This document shows positions 1 through 16,404 of a stretch of DNA of 64,000 nucleotides, piece after piece; position 1 is the stretch's first letter, and every line of letters starts with the position of its first letter. The translations under genes were made by a program, and so were the position numbers. Origin of the DNA: the human T2T-CHM13v2.0 reference genome, Homo sapiens; assembly GCF_009914755.1 (NCBI RefSeq), contig NC_060928.1; one strand, given 5' to 3'. The notes beneath the pieces were generated by a model. That model saw only the letters and a list, made by a program, of their open reading frames with translations. It was not told the origin of the DNA and searched no databases.

Positions 1-711
1 GTTCCACAGCACCAATACCCTTATCACAGTACTTATATCACACTTCTGGAATCTCATGTTTACTTGTCCATAGCCAAATTGAGTTTGGAGGCTTCCTAGA
101 GGAAGGATCTTGGCAATCTTATTCACCATTCTATACCCACTTGTTGAATTGAATTGAAACAAGTACAGTTTTGCCCAAGTTTTATTGTGCAATAAGTAAG
201 GACAATCTAATTAGTTCCCTCTGCTCTGAATACATAAAAATATACTTGCCCACAGACAGTATCAAACTAAAATGGCATACAGAATGAACTTCAATACTAT
301 CTGGGATGGAACATATGGGATTTTAAAAATGTTAACAACTCCATTTGTTTGATTAAACATTAACATTTATAGCTTTTTGACATAAAATATTCCTACAAAG
401 AACTTTGTATGAAGAATCAGCATTTGGCTTTAGAAATAAAAAGTTGGTCTTTTCCCTGTTCATTTTCCTAAAATACTATGTCGGTACAAAGGAATCTATC
501 GCACTGCAAGATTATCCTATCTCTCTAACACAGCTTAGATACACCTAAAATGATCCCTGAAGAATTGTCAATAACATTTACCTGCAGTCAGGTTACAGAA
601 ATTCAACTGCTCCAAAACATTCTACCTACTAATATGTTTACATCTAATGCTAAGTGTTATCTACTGGACTCACCTTACTCAAACATTACAAAAATGGTCA
701 ATTCTAATTAC

Positions 712-885
712 CTGGTTGGTGTTGTCAGGAAGAAAAGCCAAGGCTGCAGCAATACTGCCCTGAGCTGCCAACAAATTGGCATACTGACTCATCTTCGCAG
801 CCAAGAGAACTCCTACAGTACTAGTGTCCATGGCTTGAGTGAGTTGCACAGCTTTTCGCAGGATGACAACTTTCTCAATCAGATC
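712..885 (-). CDS. SEC31A: SEC31A exon 19 (174 nt), alpha-solenoid region; gene continues left of the window
   Basis: ttag|GATCTG acceptor, CAG|gtaatt donor; encodes DLIEKVVILRKAVQLTQAMD...AFLPDNTNQ. Confidence 0.96.
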
Positions 886-1249
886 CTAAATGAAAAAAAT
901 GAGTAACAAACAGAAATATCAAGACCATGTATGAGAGGAAGCAGGAAAAGATCAAGAGTTACTAAGATTTCTAAAACCCACTAAAAATATAGTACCTGTT
1001 ATCATCCCTCCTAGAAAAGTACAGCCACTATTTAGGTAAGTGAAAAAGTAGTAAGGAGGAAGAAGGCCTCTTACTTATGGATAGGGTAGGATAGGAAGGT
1101 TACCACCTTTTCCTAAATATCCTTAAGCTACCAGATACTTGTCTAGTGAGCTAAAACAGGCAAATACTCAAAGTGAAAATGATAGGCAGATGTCTAAAGG
1201 TAGAAACTGTGTTCTAGCCTGTATGGGAGGAACTATGAGTGAAAATATC

Positions 1250-1597
1250 TGATATGGTTTGGTTGTGTCCCCACCCAAATCTCATCTTGAATTCTAGCTC
1301 CCATAATCCCCATGTGTCATGGGAGAAACCCAGTGGGAGGTAATTGAATCATGGGTCAGGTTTTTCCAGTGCTGTTCTCTTGACAGTGATCTGATGGTTT
1401 TATAAAGGGCAGTTCCCCTGCACATGCTCTCTTGCCTGCCACCATGTAAGACGTGCCTTTGCTCCTCCTTCACCTTGAGCCATGACTGTGAGGCCTCCCC
1501 AGTCATGTGGAACTGTGAGTTCATTAAACCTCTTTTTCTTTATAAACTACCCAGTCTTGGGTATTTCTTCATTGCAGTATGAAAATGGACTAATACA
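1250..1597 (+). mobile_element. THE1-type (MaLR) solo LTR
   Basis: TGATATGGTTTGG...CCCACCCAAATCTCATCTTGAA start, ...GGACTAATACA end; 5-bp TSD ATATC/ACATC. Confidence 0.9.
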
Positions 1598-2073
1598 ACA
1601 TCACACCATCTATCCTATAAAAATAGTACTACTATGAGGTGACCCATAGACAGAGGCATGTGATTTCCAAAGGAGTTTACTATTTTAACTCAAAGCTCTC
1701 ATGTGCCATTCAATACCAAATCTTTCCACAATGGGGAGCTATGCTTCTGGTAGAAAGCAGAAGGATAGCCTACCTTTCTGCCTTTCCTAAGTGCATAAAT
1801 CCAAAAGGGTAAAACAAGTGTTTTTCTCTGAGAAGCTCTTAAAAGGAAAACCTTGATTTCCTACCCATTTTTTTTGTTTCAATAGAGTGATCTTTAAAGC
1901 ACTGACTCTGTTGAGAAAATCTCTTTCCAGAAAGAGAAATATTATATGGTAAAATTATCATAAGCCTCTTTGATTTAAATGCTTAGAAAAAAATATCTAA
2001 TATATAGTTAGTACCTGAGAATAGTCCCCACATTTTCTACTTCCTCTCTTGCTTGTGTATTGGTGTCACATGG

Positions 2074-2413
2074 CAGTGGTCCCCAACCTATTTGGCACCA
2101 GGGACTGGTTTCGTGGAAGACAATTTTTCCACAGGCCAGCAGGGGGGATGGTTTCAGGATAAAACTGTTCCACCTGGCCTGTTCCATAAGGTATTAGATT
2201 CTGATAAGGAGGATACAACCTAGATCCGTTGCATGCACAGCCCACATAAGGGTTCGTGCTCCCATGAGAATCTAATGCCACCACTGATGTGAAAGGAAGC
2301 AGAGCTCAGGCAATAATGCTCGCTCACCCACTGCTCACCTCTTGCTGTGAGTCCAGGTTCCTAAGAGGCCACAGAAGGGTACTGGTTTATGGCCTGGGGG
2401 TTGGGGACCTCTG
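2074..2413 (-). mobile_element. MER1B-like hAT (Charlie) non-autonomous DNA transposon
   Basis: TIRs CAGTGGTCCCCAACC / GGTTGGGGACCTCTG; degenerate 8-bp TSD TCACATGG/CTACATGG; about 340 bp. Confidence 0.85.
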
Positions 2414-2850
2414 CTACATGGGATTCCATTTACCTCTCACTTTCATTTTCCTTTAACCATAAAGATTCTCTATTGGCATTGGGGATGCCTCCTATTCCTT
2501 TACCCACATTGCTTCTTTCTTTGCTCATGGCAGGCAGAGCCACTGGAAGCAGACAGAGGAGCACACAGAAAAAGAGGTAAACCCTAGAGCTGTTTTCAAT
2601 CCTCCTGCCACCTATTTCCCCCAATAAACTCACAAATCACAACCATGATTTTACAACAGCTGCAACCCCATTTTCCTATCCTATCATCTCAAACTTTGCT
2701 TCTTCAAAGATAGCAATAAATGCATATAATTATCCAGCAAAAGAAGTTCTTGAATGTATAGAAAAAATGAACTTATAGATTATAACTTGATGATAAGTAG
2801 GGTGAAAGACAACACTAAAAATTAAGTGCCTTTTGTTTCAAAGATACTAC

Positions 2851-2996
2851 CTGAAGTGACAAAGGGTGGCTTCCATCTTGAGCTTTAGTCCAACATGCAA
2901 CTAATTTCTCTACATTCCCTGCACAAATATAGCAGAGACATGCTTGAGTCTGCAGGAGGCTATCTCCTTCATTTTCAAGCCTGGTTCCCAAAAGAT
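2851..2996 (-). CDS. SEC31A: SEC31A exon 18 (146 nt)
   Basis: acag|ATCTTT acceptor, CAG|gtagta donor; DLLGTRLENEGDSLLQTQACLCYICAGNVEKLVACWTKAQDGSHPLSLQ; phases match neighbouring exons. Confidence 0.96.
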
Positions 2997-3361
2997 CTGT
3001 AAGTAAGAGGAAAATAAAATAAGATTATACCCAAGGCAATCTGTATATGAGGCTGTGAGCAGCTAAATAATATTTTCAGAGGCATGGATTAAGCTTCATA
3101 ACCAATGAATAGCATAGAGAAACAAAATCACTCTAAATGCTCAGTAAATATGCATTTGTTAAATGAATGGGAATGAAAAATTGTATATAATAAATGATTT
3201 TACAAAACTATTATCTAACTGTACAACTAATTTTTATTAATTAAATTAGAAAAACAATAAATGGGAACAACATTTGAACAAAAAAACCCTAAAGGCACAT
3301 TTGGAATAGATTTATCAATGTTAGCTAAGTCTAGTATAAATTACTTATAAAAATGCAGTTA

Positions 3362-3681
<320 letters not shown>

Positions 3682-4181
3682 TTATATTCTTATAATTATT
3701 TCAAGGCAGCAAATGGCTATTTGTTTTTATACTAGTAGCCTTAAGCTTTTCTTGCAAATATTTATTCCTTGGCCACCAGTTTAGTCATGGCCTATAATGG
3801 TAATTTCTATTCTAATGTTATTATTAATTTTATCATAGCTAATATTTATTAAGTGAGAGTTACTTATGGTCTGTTTCACAGATGAATAAACTGAGGCTTA
3901 GAAAGTAGTTCTTCCTAGATCATACAGCTACTAAGTAGCAGAGGCAAGATTCCAACTCTTGTCTGTCTGAAACCAAAATCACTAGTAGATTTAAAAAAAA
4001 AAAAAAAGAGTAGGTATGAAGACGTATTTAATAAATCTGAGAAAGGCACTGAAATGAGAATTTTTCTTTTTTGTGATTTGTAGATTTTAAAAAGTTTCTA
4101 ATAAAATTTGTCATTTAAGTTTATTTACAATATACCCTGCCACGTATGTAAATGCAGTTAAATATAAAGCACATCTCTTAC

Positions 4182-4308
4182 CACAAAGGGCTGAAAATTC
4201 ATCCGGCTTTGCATAAGTCAATACTGCAGCTAAAGCCTCTCTCCAATTTTTAAGATCACAAGACTCAACAATCTCTTTCCAGTTCTTCATCACCACTGCA
4301 GTGATGAG
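4182..4308 (-). CDS. SEC31A: SEC31A exon 17 (127 nt)
   Basis: tcaag|CTC acceptor, GTG|gtaaga donor; LITAVVMKNWKEIVESCDLKNWREALAAVLTYAKPDEFSALC (in ORF track 4111..4326). Confidence 0.96.
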
Positions 4309-4884
4309 CTTGAGAAACGAAAACAAAGGAAGAATTAAAAGTCTTTAACATAGCAATAAAAATTAATTCTGACTAATTAATTGTGTCAAGTATTTCATGC
4401 CAAATGCAGCAGCAAAATGAAGTATATTTTTGAATCAAATGACATAATAATGGTATTATTGTTCCTCAAGAAACAACAGCAACAACAAAAACAACTGACA
4501 ACATATTTCATAAAGTGCTGAGAAGGAAAAATATAAGGTGCTATCAGAACCTTTAATAGAAAGGTGTGACCTGGTCAGATGGATCAGGAAAAACTGCCCA
4601 AGCATGTAGACTTTTGACACGTGATCTGAAGGACAAGCAGGAATTAACTTCATCAAGAAGGAAAAAGCCTTCCAGGCCAAGGGAACGACAGATGCAAAGT
4701 TCCAGTGAGAAAGGAACATGCAATGAGTGAGGGAGGAACTACAAGGCAGCCACTGTGGCTAAAAGATAACCGAGGAGAGACTGAGATGAGATGAGGCTAA
4801 TGGGACTCAATACTGGTACAACTTTTATGAAAACTAATTTCAATAAAAATTACTTTTTTTATGATGTAGAAATAACATCAAGTA

Positions 4885-5237
4885 ACCACAAAAAAGAATG
4901 AGATCGTGTCCTTTGCAGGGACATGGATGGAGCTGGAAGCCATTATCCTTAGCAAAATAACACAGGAACAGAAAACCAAATACCGCATGTTCTCACTTAC
5001 AAATAGGAGCTAAATGATGAGAACATGTGAACACATGGAGGGGAACAACACACACTGGGGCCTATTGGAGGGTGGGAGGAGAGAGAGAATCAGAAAAAAT
5101 AATTAATGGGTCCAAGGCTTAATACCTGAGTGATGAAATAATCTGTACAACAAACCCCTATGACACGAGTTTACTCTTAAGTTTGTTAGATATAACAAAC
5201 CTGCACATGTACCTCTGAACTTAAAATAAAAGTTAAA
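4885..5237 (+). mobile_element. L1PA 3'-end fragment
   Basis: GGACATGGATGGAGCTGGAAGCCATTATCC...CTGCACATGTACC L1 3' UTR motifs. Confidence 0.85.
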
Positions 5238-5295
5238 TTCCTCTTCTATGACTACAGTTCAATTTAAATAATCAGAAATTTGTACAAGTCTTTAG

Positions 5296-6101
<806 letters not shown>

Positions 6102-6230
6102 TCAAGGAATTATGAATGAGCTTTTAAAATTCTTTACTGGTTTCTGCATTTCAGTTATCTATAATAACAGTGTATTGTTTTTATAATTAGAAAGATAAAT
6201 ACGTTATTGCTTATTTTTAAAATAACATAC

Positions 6231-6409
6231 CCTGGTAATTTTGCTTTGGGATTTTGCGAAGTATTTTTTCTGGGTTCGAGCCAAGAGTTCTTGTCCACCT
6301 GCTATGGCCAATATAATGGCATCGGCCATGCGGTTATCATGTAAACAAAGGTCAACAGCACTCTCAAAATTGCCCGTCAGCAAAGCCTGAGTAATTAAAC
6401 CATCAATGT
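6231..6409 (-). CDS. SEC31A: SEC31A exon 16 (179 nt)
   Basis: gcag|ACATT acceptor, AGG|gtatgt donor; DIDGLITQALLTGNFESAVDLCL...SKITR. Confidence 0.97.
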
Positions 6410-6968
6410 CTGCAACAAGAAAATAATACATCCAAGTTAAATAGAGTTTTTGTTACCAAAACCAACAACAAAGTACTACATCTATCAATTTTTATATATA
6501 TACTTGAATGGAGACCACAACACTAATTTCTGATTACTAGTGGATTAATTTCTAACACAAGCTATTGGTATTTATGGAAGAGGTCTACAGAAATATGCTG
6601 AGATAAATACAAAATAATACATTTTCCAGACTGCTTTAACTGGATTATCAAAGATCACCTAGGTGTCTGAACACACCAGCCTTCCCAAGGCACTGATCAC
6701 ATATACTGTACTAAAGGAAAAGTGAGTTCTTTCTCACACTCTACCACCTGTGATAAAACTTTTTTTTTTGAGACAGCGTTTCACTATGTTGTCCAGGATA
6801 GCCTCAAACTCCTGGGCCCAAGTGATCCTCCTGCCTCAACTTCCCAAGTAGCTGGGACTATAAGCATGCACCACAGCACCTGACTTGAAGCATTTTAACT
6901 TAAATGCAGGAACTATTTGTTTTCCAATGGTTAAAAAAAATTAGAAATCAAAACCAACAAGTACTTAC

Positions 6969-7044
6969 CCCCACTGACAGAGATATTAAATGTTCCTCCA
7001 GATGAGGGTAGAAATTCAGATTCTTCTTTTTCCTCTTTAATGTG
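6969..7044 (-). CDS. SEC31A: SEC31A exon 15 (76 nt)
   Basis: ttag|CAC acceptor, GGG|gtaagt donor; HIKEEKEESEFLPSSGGTFNISVSG. Confidence 0.95.
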
Positions 7045-7275
7045 CTAAAGAGATGAAAAAAGCAACAATTTAGCCAGAATAAAACTGTGGAATGATTTAC
7101 TGACAAAAAAAATTTACACATGATTCTTCATCTACAGAGTAGATGACATACCAAGTTATTCCAGAAAAGTTCTCAGATCCAAATTTACAACTAAGATCTA
7201 TGCCTTCCCTAAATATTACCTCCCATTATATAATCATAAATAAAATCCAAGGTCATGAAGAATACTGGTTAAACA

Positions 7276-8218
<943 letters not shown>

Positions 8219-9041
8219 TGATCCGCCCTCCTTGGCCTCCCAAAGTGCTGGGATTACAGGCGTGAGCCACCACGCCAGGCCGGAAAATATATTTTTAAAT
8301 TATACTATTTTTAAATTTTAAAACAAACCTACTTTTACACATCTAAGAATTCCTGTCCACTGGATTTGATTATAAAGTGTTTTTGTTTTTAACTGAATCA
8401 TAAAAAAAAATGAAAAAAAAATCACATGGTACCCATAACATAAAAGTAATATAAGTACATTATTTATTAATACACTTAAATTCAAGTATACATTTTGTGT
8501 TTACTCAAATTAGTCATACCTGGAACAGTGGGTTAGTCTGGTAAAAATATACACAGTTCTGTTATAAATTTCTGAGACTACCTGCAAGACTGATTAAAAA
8601 TAAACTCAATGCTTTCTTTAGAAGAAATATAATGGGGGCATTTTGCTGGCAAATAATTTTAAATGCTTTCTCTCCCATGCATAAAAATTCAAAATAAGAC
8701 AAAAATATATCAGAGATTAGAGATAAATTTTTAAAGAAAAACAAAGCTTTCTTACATGAGATGAAATATCTATCTTCTGTGCTATGTTATCTACACATCT
8801 GAATGTAAATATCTAGTATTCAAGTTCAGTGGCATTTTAGAACTGGGTAATTTTAATGCAGAGTACAGCACTGCACCATCTGCAAATACACTTAATTATT
8901 AATGTTGACTATTACAGGAGAATATCTATAACCCTAATTCCCTTTCCCCAACTAAAGAGAAGCATTTGGAATTTAAAAACTCAAAGAAATTAAGAATTTA
9001 AGTTATTCACATTAAGGAATAAATCAGAGACACTGATCTAA

Positions 9042-9255
<214 letters not shown>

Positions 9256-9294
9256 TAGAGGTGGTGTTTCACCGTGTTAGCCAGGATGGTCTTA

Positions 9295-9384
<90 letters not shown>

Positions 9385-9755
9385 TTAACTCATTATTTCT
9401 CAAATTTGCTTTCTAGAAACAATTTATCCTTATTTATGGACTTCTGAACTAGATATAAGGTCAAAAAATGCACAATTTATTAGGTATTGAGTGCCTTCAA
9501 TGTGTAAGCTACTATGAAACAAATAGCTCATCGAGACAAAGGGGAAGATTTTACCTCCTTAAACACATTTTTTCAAAGAACCAAAAGTACACATTGATGA
9601 CTACTATTTCATTAAATGCATATTTTTCTTACCTATTATTCATGAGTGCATTCCCAAATGATCTTCTATTTGATAATACATAGTCTAGTTGTACATAAAT
9701 GAAAGTACATTTCTCTATGTATCTTACAATTCTGTCTAAATATTCTCAAAATTAG

Positions 9756-10071
<316 letters not shown>

Positions 10072-10911
10072 TAGTAAAGATTTTATCCATATCCTTTATT
10101 CCCTTGTTAATTAAACTCTAGGAGATCCACTTCTAAGGAGAATGATTTTTGCAATCATCTTGTAATAGACTAAATTTACTTATTTTTATAACTTAGTAAA
10201 AAATTATACATAACATTCCATAGTCAAGATATCACAAAGAACAATGAAAAAGCCAAAGATGAGATGAGAAGAACTTGTTGATTAATTTTCCAAGATGAAA
10301 TAAAATTAGAAAGCAAGAAAAGTAAATTACAGATTTGTTCATTAGTGGTTAAAAAAAAAAAAACACCCAGAAAATTAAAAGGAAAAATTAAAGATGTAAC
10401 TCTGTGTTCAAGGACTCTTCTCAATTATTTACAAAAATTATCAACTAAGGACACATTTATTGAAAATCATGACAATAAGTTTAGTGAAATATCCTTTACT
10501 TCAACTCCATGTTCAGTACTAATTCAGAGGCCTATTAGCCACTGATAGTTGGCCCAAAATTATAGGCCAAGAAAAACATTAACTTTACATGCAATGCAAT
10601 GCAGTGAGGATGTTTGAATAAAATCTCTTTTCAGTTTGACATCCTGAGAGTCATCTGACCAAATTATGTTAATCTCACATCAACTGTTAGTTTTAAACCA
10701 TATAATCCAGAAACAAGGTTGGAGAACTAGAGTCTGGAGATGATACTTCTGTCAGTATAGGTAGATAGATTCCTATCCTAAACATCTCAAAGAAAACAAT
10801 TTACTTCAACTTTATTTTGCCATAAGTAGTCAAGAAAATTTTCCTTATTTTAATGTGAGATACACAAATATCACAAATTTGTCCAATATAATATGAAAAA
10901 AAAATAAGTAC

Positions 10912-10989
10912 CTCTCCCAAGAGCTGCTCTTCAGCAGCAGGGCTCTCCTCCCCATCACTCTGTGCTACTTGGTCAGAGTCTTTAAGAGC
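10912..10989 (-). CDS. SEC31A: SEC31A exon 14 (78 nt, frame-neutral, likely alternatively spliced)
   Basis: weak acceptor tgtgtaccaaag|GCT, GAG|gtactt donor; ALKDSDQVAQSDGEESPAAEEQLLGE. Confidence 0.92.
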
Positions 10990-11434
10990 CTTTGGTACAC
11001 AAAACAATTACAGGGGAAGGTGAAGAATGTAGTATTAAAAGGCTATTAGTGAACCAGGAAGACAAAAGACCCAACCAACAACATTCAGAGCTAGTTTAAT
11101 CATAAGAAGCAACAGTGAGTAAATTTATTTGAGAAATACCATTAGAGGAAAAGCAAAGAACTATTACTGCTAACACTTTCCCATTCTTTTTTTTTTTTTT
11201 TTTTTTTTTTTTTGAGACCGAGTCTCACTCTGTCGCCCAGGCTGGAGTTCAGTGGCACGATCCCGGCTCACTGCAACCTCCGCCTCCCAGTTCAAGCAAT
11301 TCTCCTGCCTTAGCCGCCCAAGTAGCTGGGATTACAGGCATGTGCCACCACGCCCAGCTAATTTTTGTATTTTTAGTAGAGACAGGGTTTCACCATGTTG
11401 GTCAGGCTGGTCTTGAACTCCTGACCTCAGGTGA

Positions 11435-11578
<144 letters not shown>

Positions 11579-11815
11579 TAATTCTGTTTTTCCTGCTTTA
11601 CAAAATTCAAATATGTATGTCAAGAGAAAGGAATGCTCTACCAGCTAAGCTCATGTTATTTTAAAATGAGAATTATTAATTTATTAAAATATCTAGAATA
11701 AGCATTTATTTTTATACCATAAAGCATAAAACACAAATTTCTTAAATGATATTTCCTTCTTCGTTATGACCTAGCCAAAGTTTTAGAAGGTAGCTATTTT
11801 TAAAGGCCTTCTTAC

Positions 11816-11854
11816 CACATTGGCTCCATCCACTTTGTTCAAGGCCAAAGCAAT
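11816..11854 (-). CDS. SEC31A: SEC31A exon 13 (39-nt small exon)
   Basis: ttcag|ATT acceptor, GTG|gtaaga donor; IALALNKVDGANV. Confidence 0.9.
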
Positions 11855-12599
11855 CTGAAATAAAAATAACAGCTCACCTACTACATGGAATTCTATTTCA
11901 GAGCATCCAGCAAATGTTCACCTCTTGCTTCTCACTGGCGAAAATCCACAAAAGTTCTTATAGGAATAGTATGTTTAAAAAAATTAAAAAAGCTATGCAG
12001 AACTGGTTCTCCATGGTGCTAGCTTCTTTCACATGGAAGTAATTAGAAATAATCCGACAATCATTCTATTTCCTCATTTTTTGCCATCAGGCATGCAAGT
12101 AAAACTTTCATATCAATCTCTTACAAGCCTAAAAAAGTTACAGCCTCAAGAAGTTTAGACTACTAATAAAGTTAAATATAAAACTCTAAAGGAGTGAGCA
12201 AAGACATAGCCACTAAGCAGTGGGGTTGTGATGTGATCTTAGTTAGTTCTGCCTGACATCAAAAGAGCACTAATCTTCAATATGCACTTAAAGTGCACAG
12301 TATACCTCTACCACACATGCAACAACCTGCAATGCTATAGAAAACTCTAGCCATTTCCAAAGAATGATGAAAGGCTAATACAAGTTACATAGTCATTTAT
12401 CAATATGTATTCAAAACTCTGGCAACCACTGTGGGTAATGATGGAGAATAAGAAAAAGAAAAAGGAAAAAAACGCTGGCAACCAAACACAAATTATTATT
12501 AAATGTTTATTGGGTGATTTGAGATAATCTGTGTAGAACTTTATTTTTTAAAAGTATGATTCATAAAGAGCATGCCATCTAACTTTCCCAAAAGTTTAC

Positions 12600-12674
12600 C
12601 TTCTTTCCTAGATCTTCTTTTCTGTATCCTAGAAGTTCAAGGTATTTTCCACGAGAATCATCCTCAAAGTTTAC
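12600..12674 (-). CDS. SEC31A: SEC31A exon 12 (75 nt)
   Basis: ttttaaag|GTAAAC acceptor, AAG|gtaaac donor; VNFEDDSRGKYLELLGYRKEDLGKK. Confidence 0.94.
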
Positions 12675-13643
12675 CTTTAAAAAAAAAGACATATTCTTAA
12701 AACAAAGACCTACATTTAAAGGCCGAATTTTTATAAGAATGAATCAAATTCCAAAGAGAATTATTAAAAATATCTGAAGTCTACATTCTAAAGATTCACT
12801 GTTTGAAGGAATCCAAAGAATAGTGGGTTTTTTTGTTTTTTATTTGGAGACCCAGCCTCAGGAGGTCCTGACAACATGTGCCCAGAATTATTTTTTTAAA
12901 TAAGTTATTTATTAATAGTAAATATACTAGTAATTAATTATCCTGGTTGAATAAAGCTTACTTTTGAACAGTAATTTCTGTAAATACAAACTTATGTCCA
13001 AAGGTTAAACTGATACAAAACTCAAACTATGTGGAATATTCTATGTCCTAAAATTCTTTCCCAAAATTATTACAAAATATAAATTCTTTAATTTTATACT
13101 TTAACCTAACTGTATTCAAGACTGCTTTACCTTTGAAAAACCAGTACCGTATAAAGAAATAGACATTCCAGTGGAGGCAAAATGACCAACCAGGAAATTC
13201 TATTTGTTATTCTAATCTAACTCCTCTTAAAGTAAAAGGAAAAATGCCTCCAACCTCTCTCCTCTATTCCTCTTCCTCTTTTTTCATTTTCCTTAACTAG
13301 ATCTACTATAGATGTTAAATATTCTGTTTTCATTATAGTAAACTCTATGTACTCATCTTCAAAATAGGTGTGCTGACTATGTCGCTCTCCTCTAAACAGA
13401 CCTATTATTATTTTTTTTTACTTATTAAAAATGTATTTCATATTACACTTTTCAAAGCAGAGAAGGAAAAACTCTGGACATAAGTTAGGTTGTATGCTCT
13501 TTATAAGGCTTCTTAATTTCATGATGAATTGCTGAAATCACACTTTTTCAATTGTTTCTTTAATAGGAGGACAGATTTAGAATATAAAGGAACAGTTAAA
13601 TTTGCAGATAATGAAATAATATAGCTTTAAACAGCAACTTTAC

Positions 13644-13880
13644 CTTCAAAAAGGACCACACATTTTTCTCAAATTCAGTCTGAGAAGCATCAATTTTTTT
13701 TTGGCAATAATTGATAAATCCTTGTGACTGCACAGCCTGCTGAAGTTGGTCTGATCGGCTGAGGAACTCCTTTTCTGTTACAACCTGACTAATGAACACA
13801 TGGTGCTGCTGCTGCTGCTGCTCAGCTCCCTGATGAGAAGGCATTCTGACATTCTCAAACGTAACCAGTTTGCCTCCAAA
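13644..13880 (-). CDS. SEC31A: SEC31A exon 11 (237 nt), includes a (CAG)5 Gln run
   Basis: tatag|TTT acceptor, AAG|gtaaag donor; [27 protein letters not shown]...WSFLK. Confidence 0.97.
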
Positions 13881-14529
13881 CTATAAAAGAGAGAATGAAC
13901 AAACTCAGTGTTAACCCAAGGATATGGCCAAAAAAAGTGCTTATAAAGTGGCCTAAACAGATAATCTGGATGAAATTAGTTGATACAACCTCTCATGCGC
14001 CACAGTCTGACACCACTTCAATTTCTGTTCTAGATGAAATGTACTTTTTTGGTTTTTTGGTTTTTTTTTTTTTGAGACAGAGTTTCGCTCTTAGTCACCC
14101 AGGCTGGAGTGCAAAGGTGGGATCTTGGCTCACTACAACCTCTGCCTCCTGGGTTCACGTGATTCTCCTGCCTCAGCCTCCTGAGTAGCTGGGATTACAG
14201 GTGCCGGCCACCATGCCTGGCTAACTTTTGTATGTTTAGTAGACAGGGTTTCACCATGTTGGCCAGGCTGGTCTTGAACTCCTAACCTCAAGTGATCCAC
14301 CCAGATAGAGAAGACCAGATAGGACGATGAGAAGATTAAGCAGATCCAAAGAACAGACTTACGAGTGACATAAAACATATTCAAAGGTCCATTTTAGGAA
14401 GATTAATCTTGGAATATGTAGTAGAGATTAGAGGGGGAAAAGACAAGCAACAAATATGAAATCAAGCTATTAGAAGTTTGGCATGAAAGAATTAGGCAAA
14501 GTATCAGCAATGTAAAAGGAAGAAACAAA

Positions 14530-15258
14530 CAAAAAGTGCTAGAGAGGATGTGGAGAAACTAGAACCCTTGTGCACCACTAGTGAGAATGTAAAATGGTAA
14601 AACGGCTATAAAATGGTATGGAGGTTCTTCAAAAACTTAAAAATAGAACCATCCTATGATGCAGCAATCCCACTTCTGGGTATATGTCCCAAAAAACTGA
14701 AAGCAGGATCCCAAAATGATAATTACAAACCCATGTTCACCACAGCATTTATTCACAATAGCCAAAAGGTGGAAGCAACCAAAATGACCATCAAATGAAT
14801 GGATAAAAAAAAATGTGGTATATATATATATATACAATGCAATATTATTTGGCCTCTAAAAAGAAGTAAATTCTGTCACACTACAACACAGATAAACCTT
14901 GAGGACATTAAGCTAAGTAAAATAAGCCAGCCACAAAAAGACAAGTACTGCATGATTCCATTTATATGAGTAATTTAAAGTAGAAAACTCCTAGCAACAA
15001 AGTAGAATGTGGTTACCAGGGATTCAAGGGAAACAGGAAATGGGGAGCTGTTGTTCAAGGGCACAGAGTTTCAGTTTTGCAAGATGAGAAAGTTCTAGAG
15101 ATCTGTTGCACAACAACGTGTATATAGTTAACACTACTGTAGTATATATTTAAAAATGGTTGTAGTGTATATTTTAAAATGGTTAAGATAGTAAATTTTA
15201 TATTATGCATTTTTTACAATTAAAATTTTATATTATGCATTTTTTACCATTAAAAAAA
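14530..15258 (+). mobile_element. L1M (L1MA/MB) 3' fragment
   Basis: GAGGATGTGGAGAAA...GCAATCCCACTTCTGGGTATAT motifs; ORF 14613..14798 resembles L1 ORF2 C-terminus. Confidence 0.85.
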
Positions 15259-15269
15259 GCTGGCAATTA

Positions 15270-15716
<447 letters not shown>

Positions 15717-16057
15717 TCAAAAAAACAAACAAACAAACAAAAAAATGGAGGAGGGGAGGAATATAAAGTGTTGGCTACACAACAACAATGTAAATGTACT
15801 TAATGCCATTGAACTGTATATTTAAAAATGAACAAAATGATCAATTTTATGTATATTTTACCATGATTTTTAAAAAAGGGAAAAAAAAGAGTAGGTTCCA
15901 ATTTTTCAGAGAAACCATTTTGAATGATGAAATACCCACAAATACATCTCAAATCCCAACTTAAACCCTGATTGCTTCCATCAGAGTGACTCTATAATAA
16001 CACTTTGGTATAAAAAGTCCTTTGTGCCTATGGACCATAAAAACAAAATCCACCTAC

Positions 16058-16210
16058 TGAAAAAGAAGCACCAACAGGCCTTCGAATCCACTTGGGCGGC
16101 TTCTTCAGAGGCAGCACTATACTATGCTGAGCAGTCTGCTGTGGAATTTGTAACGGAGGAAGGGGCTGTCCTGTGCCAAAGGGATCAAGATTCCCAAAAG
16201 ATGATGAAAG
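16058..16210 (-). CDS. SEC31A: SEC31A exon 10 (153 nt)
   Basis: tttag|CTT acceptor, TCA|gtaggt donor; [12 protein letters not shown]...[17 protein letters not shown] (SEC13-binding segment by family knowledge). Confidence 0.96.
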
Positions 16211-16404
16211 CTAAAAAAGATAATAATAACATAAGAATCCGACCATACACAAAGTTTCATTTTTTTCCAGTCATATCCAAAAAAATTTTTGATCACAATT
16301 GTCCAATTAACCAGCATTGTTAATCAGTGAAGTCATTTCAAAATATTACACAACACATACTTTTTTCAGGCATTATAATAGAAAACTTTAACACTTCCTA
16401 TTAC

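Noticed and set aside
550-906. 118-aa plus-strand ORF
   Set aside because: Antisense shadow of SEC31A exon 19
13806-13820. Coding CAG repeat as an expansion locus
   Set aside because: Only five units
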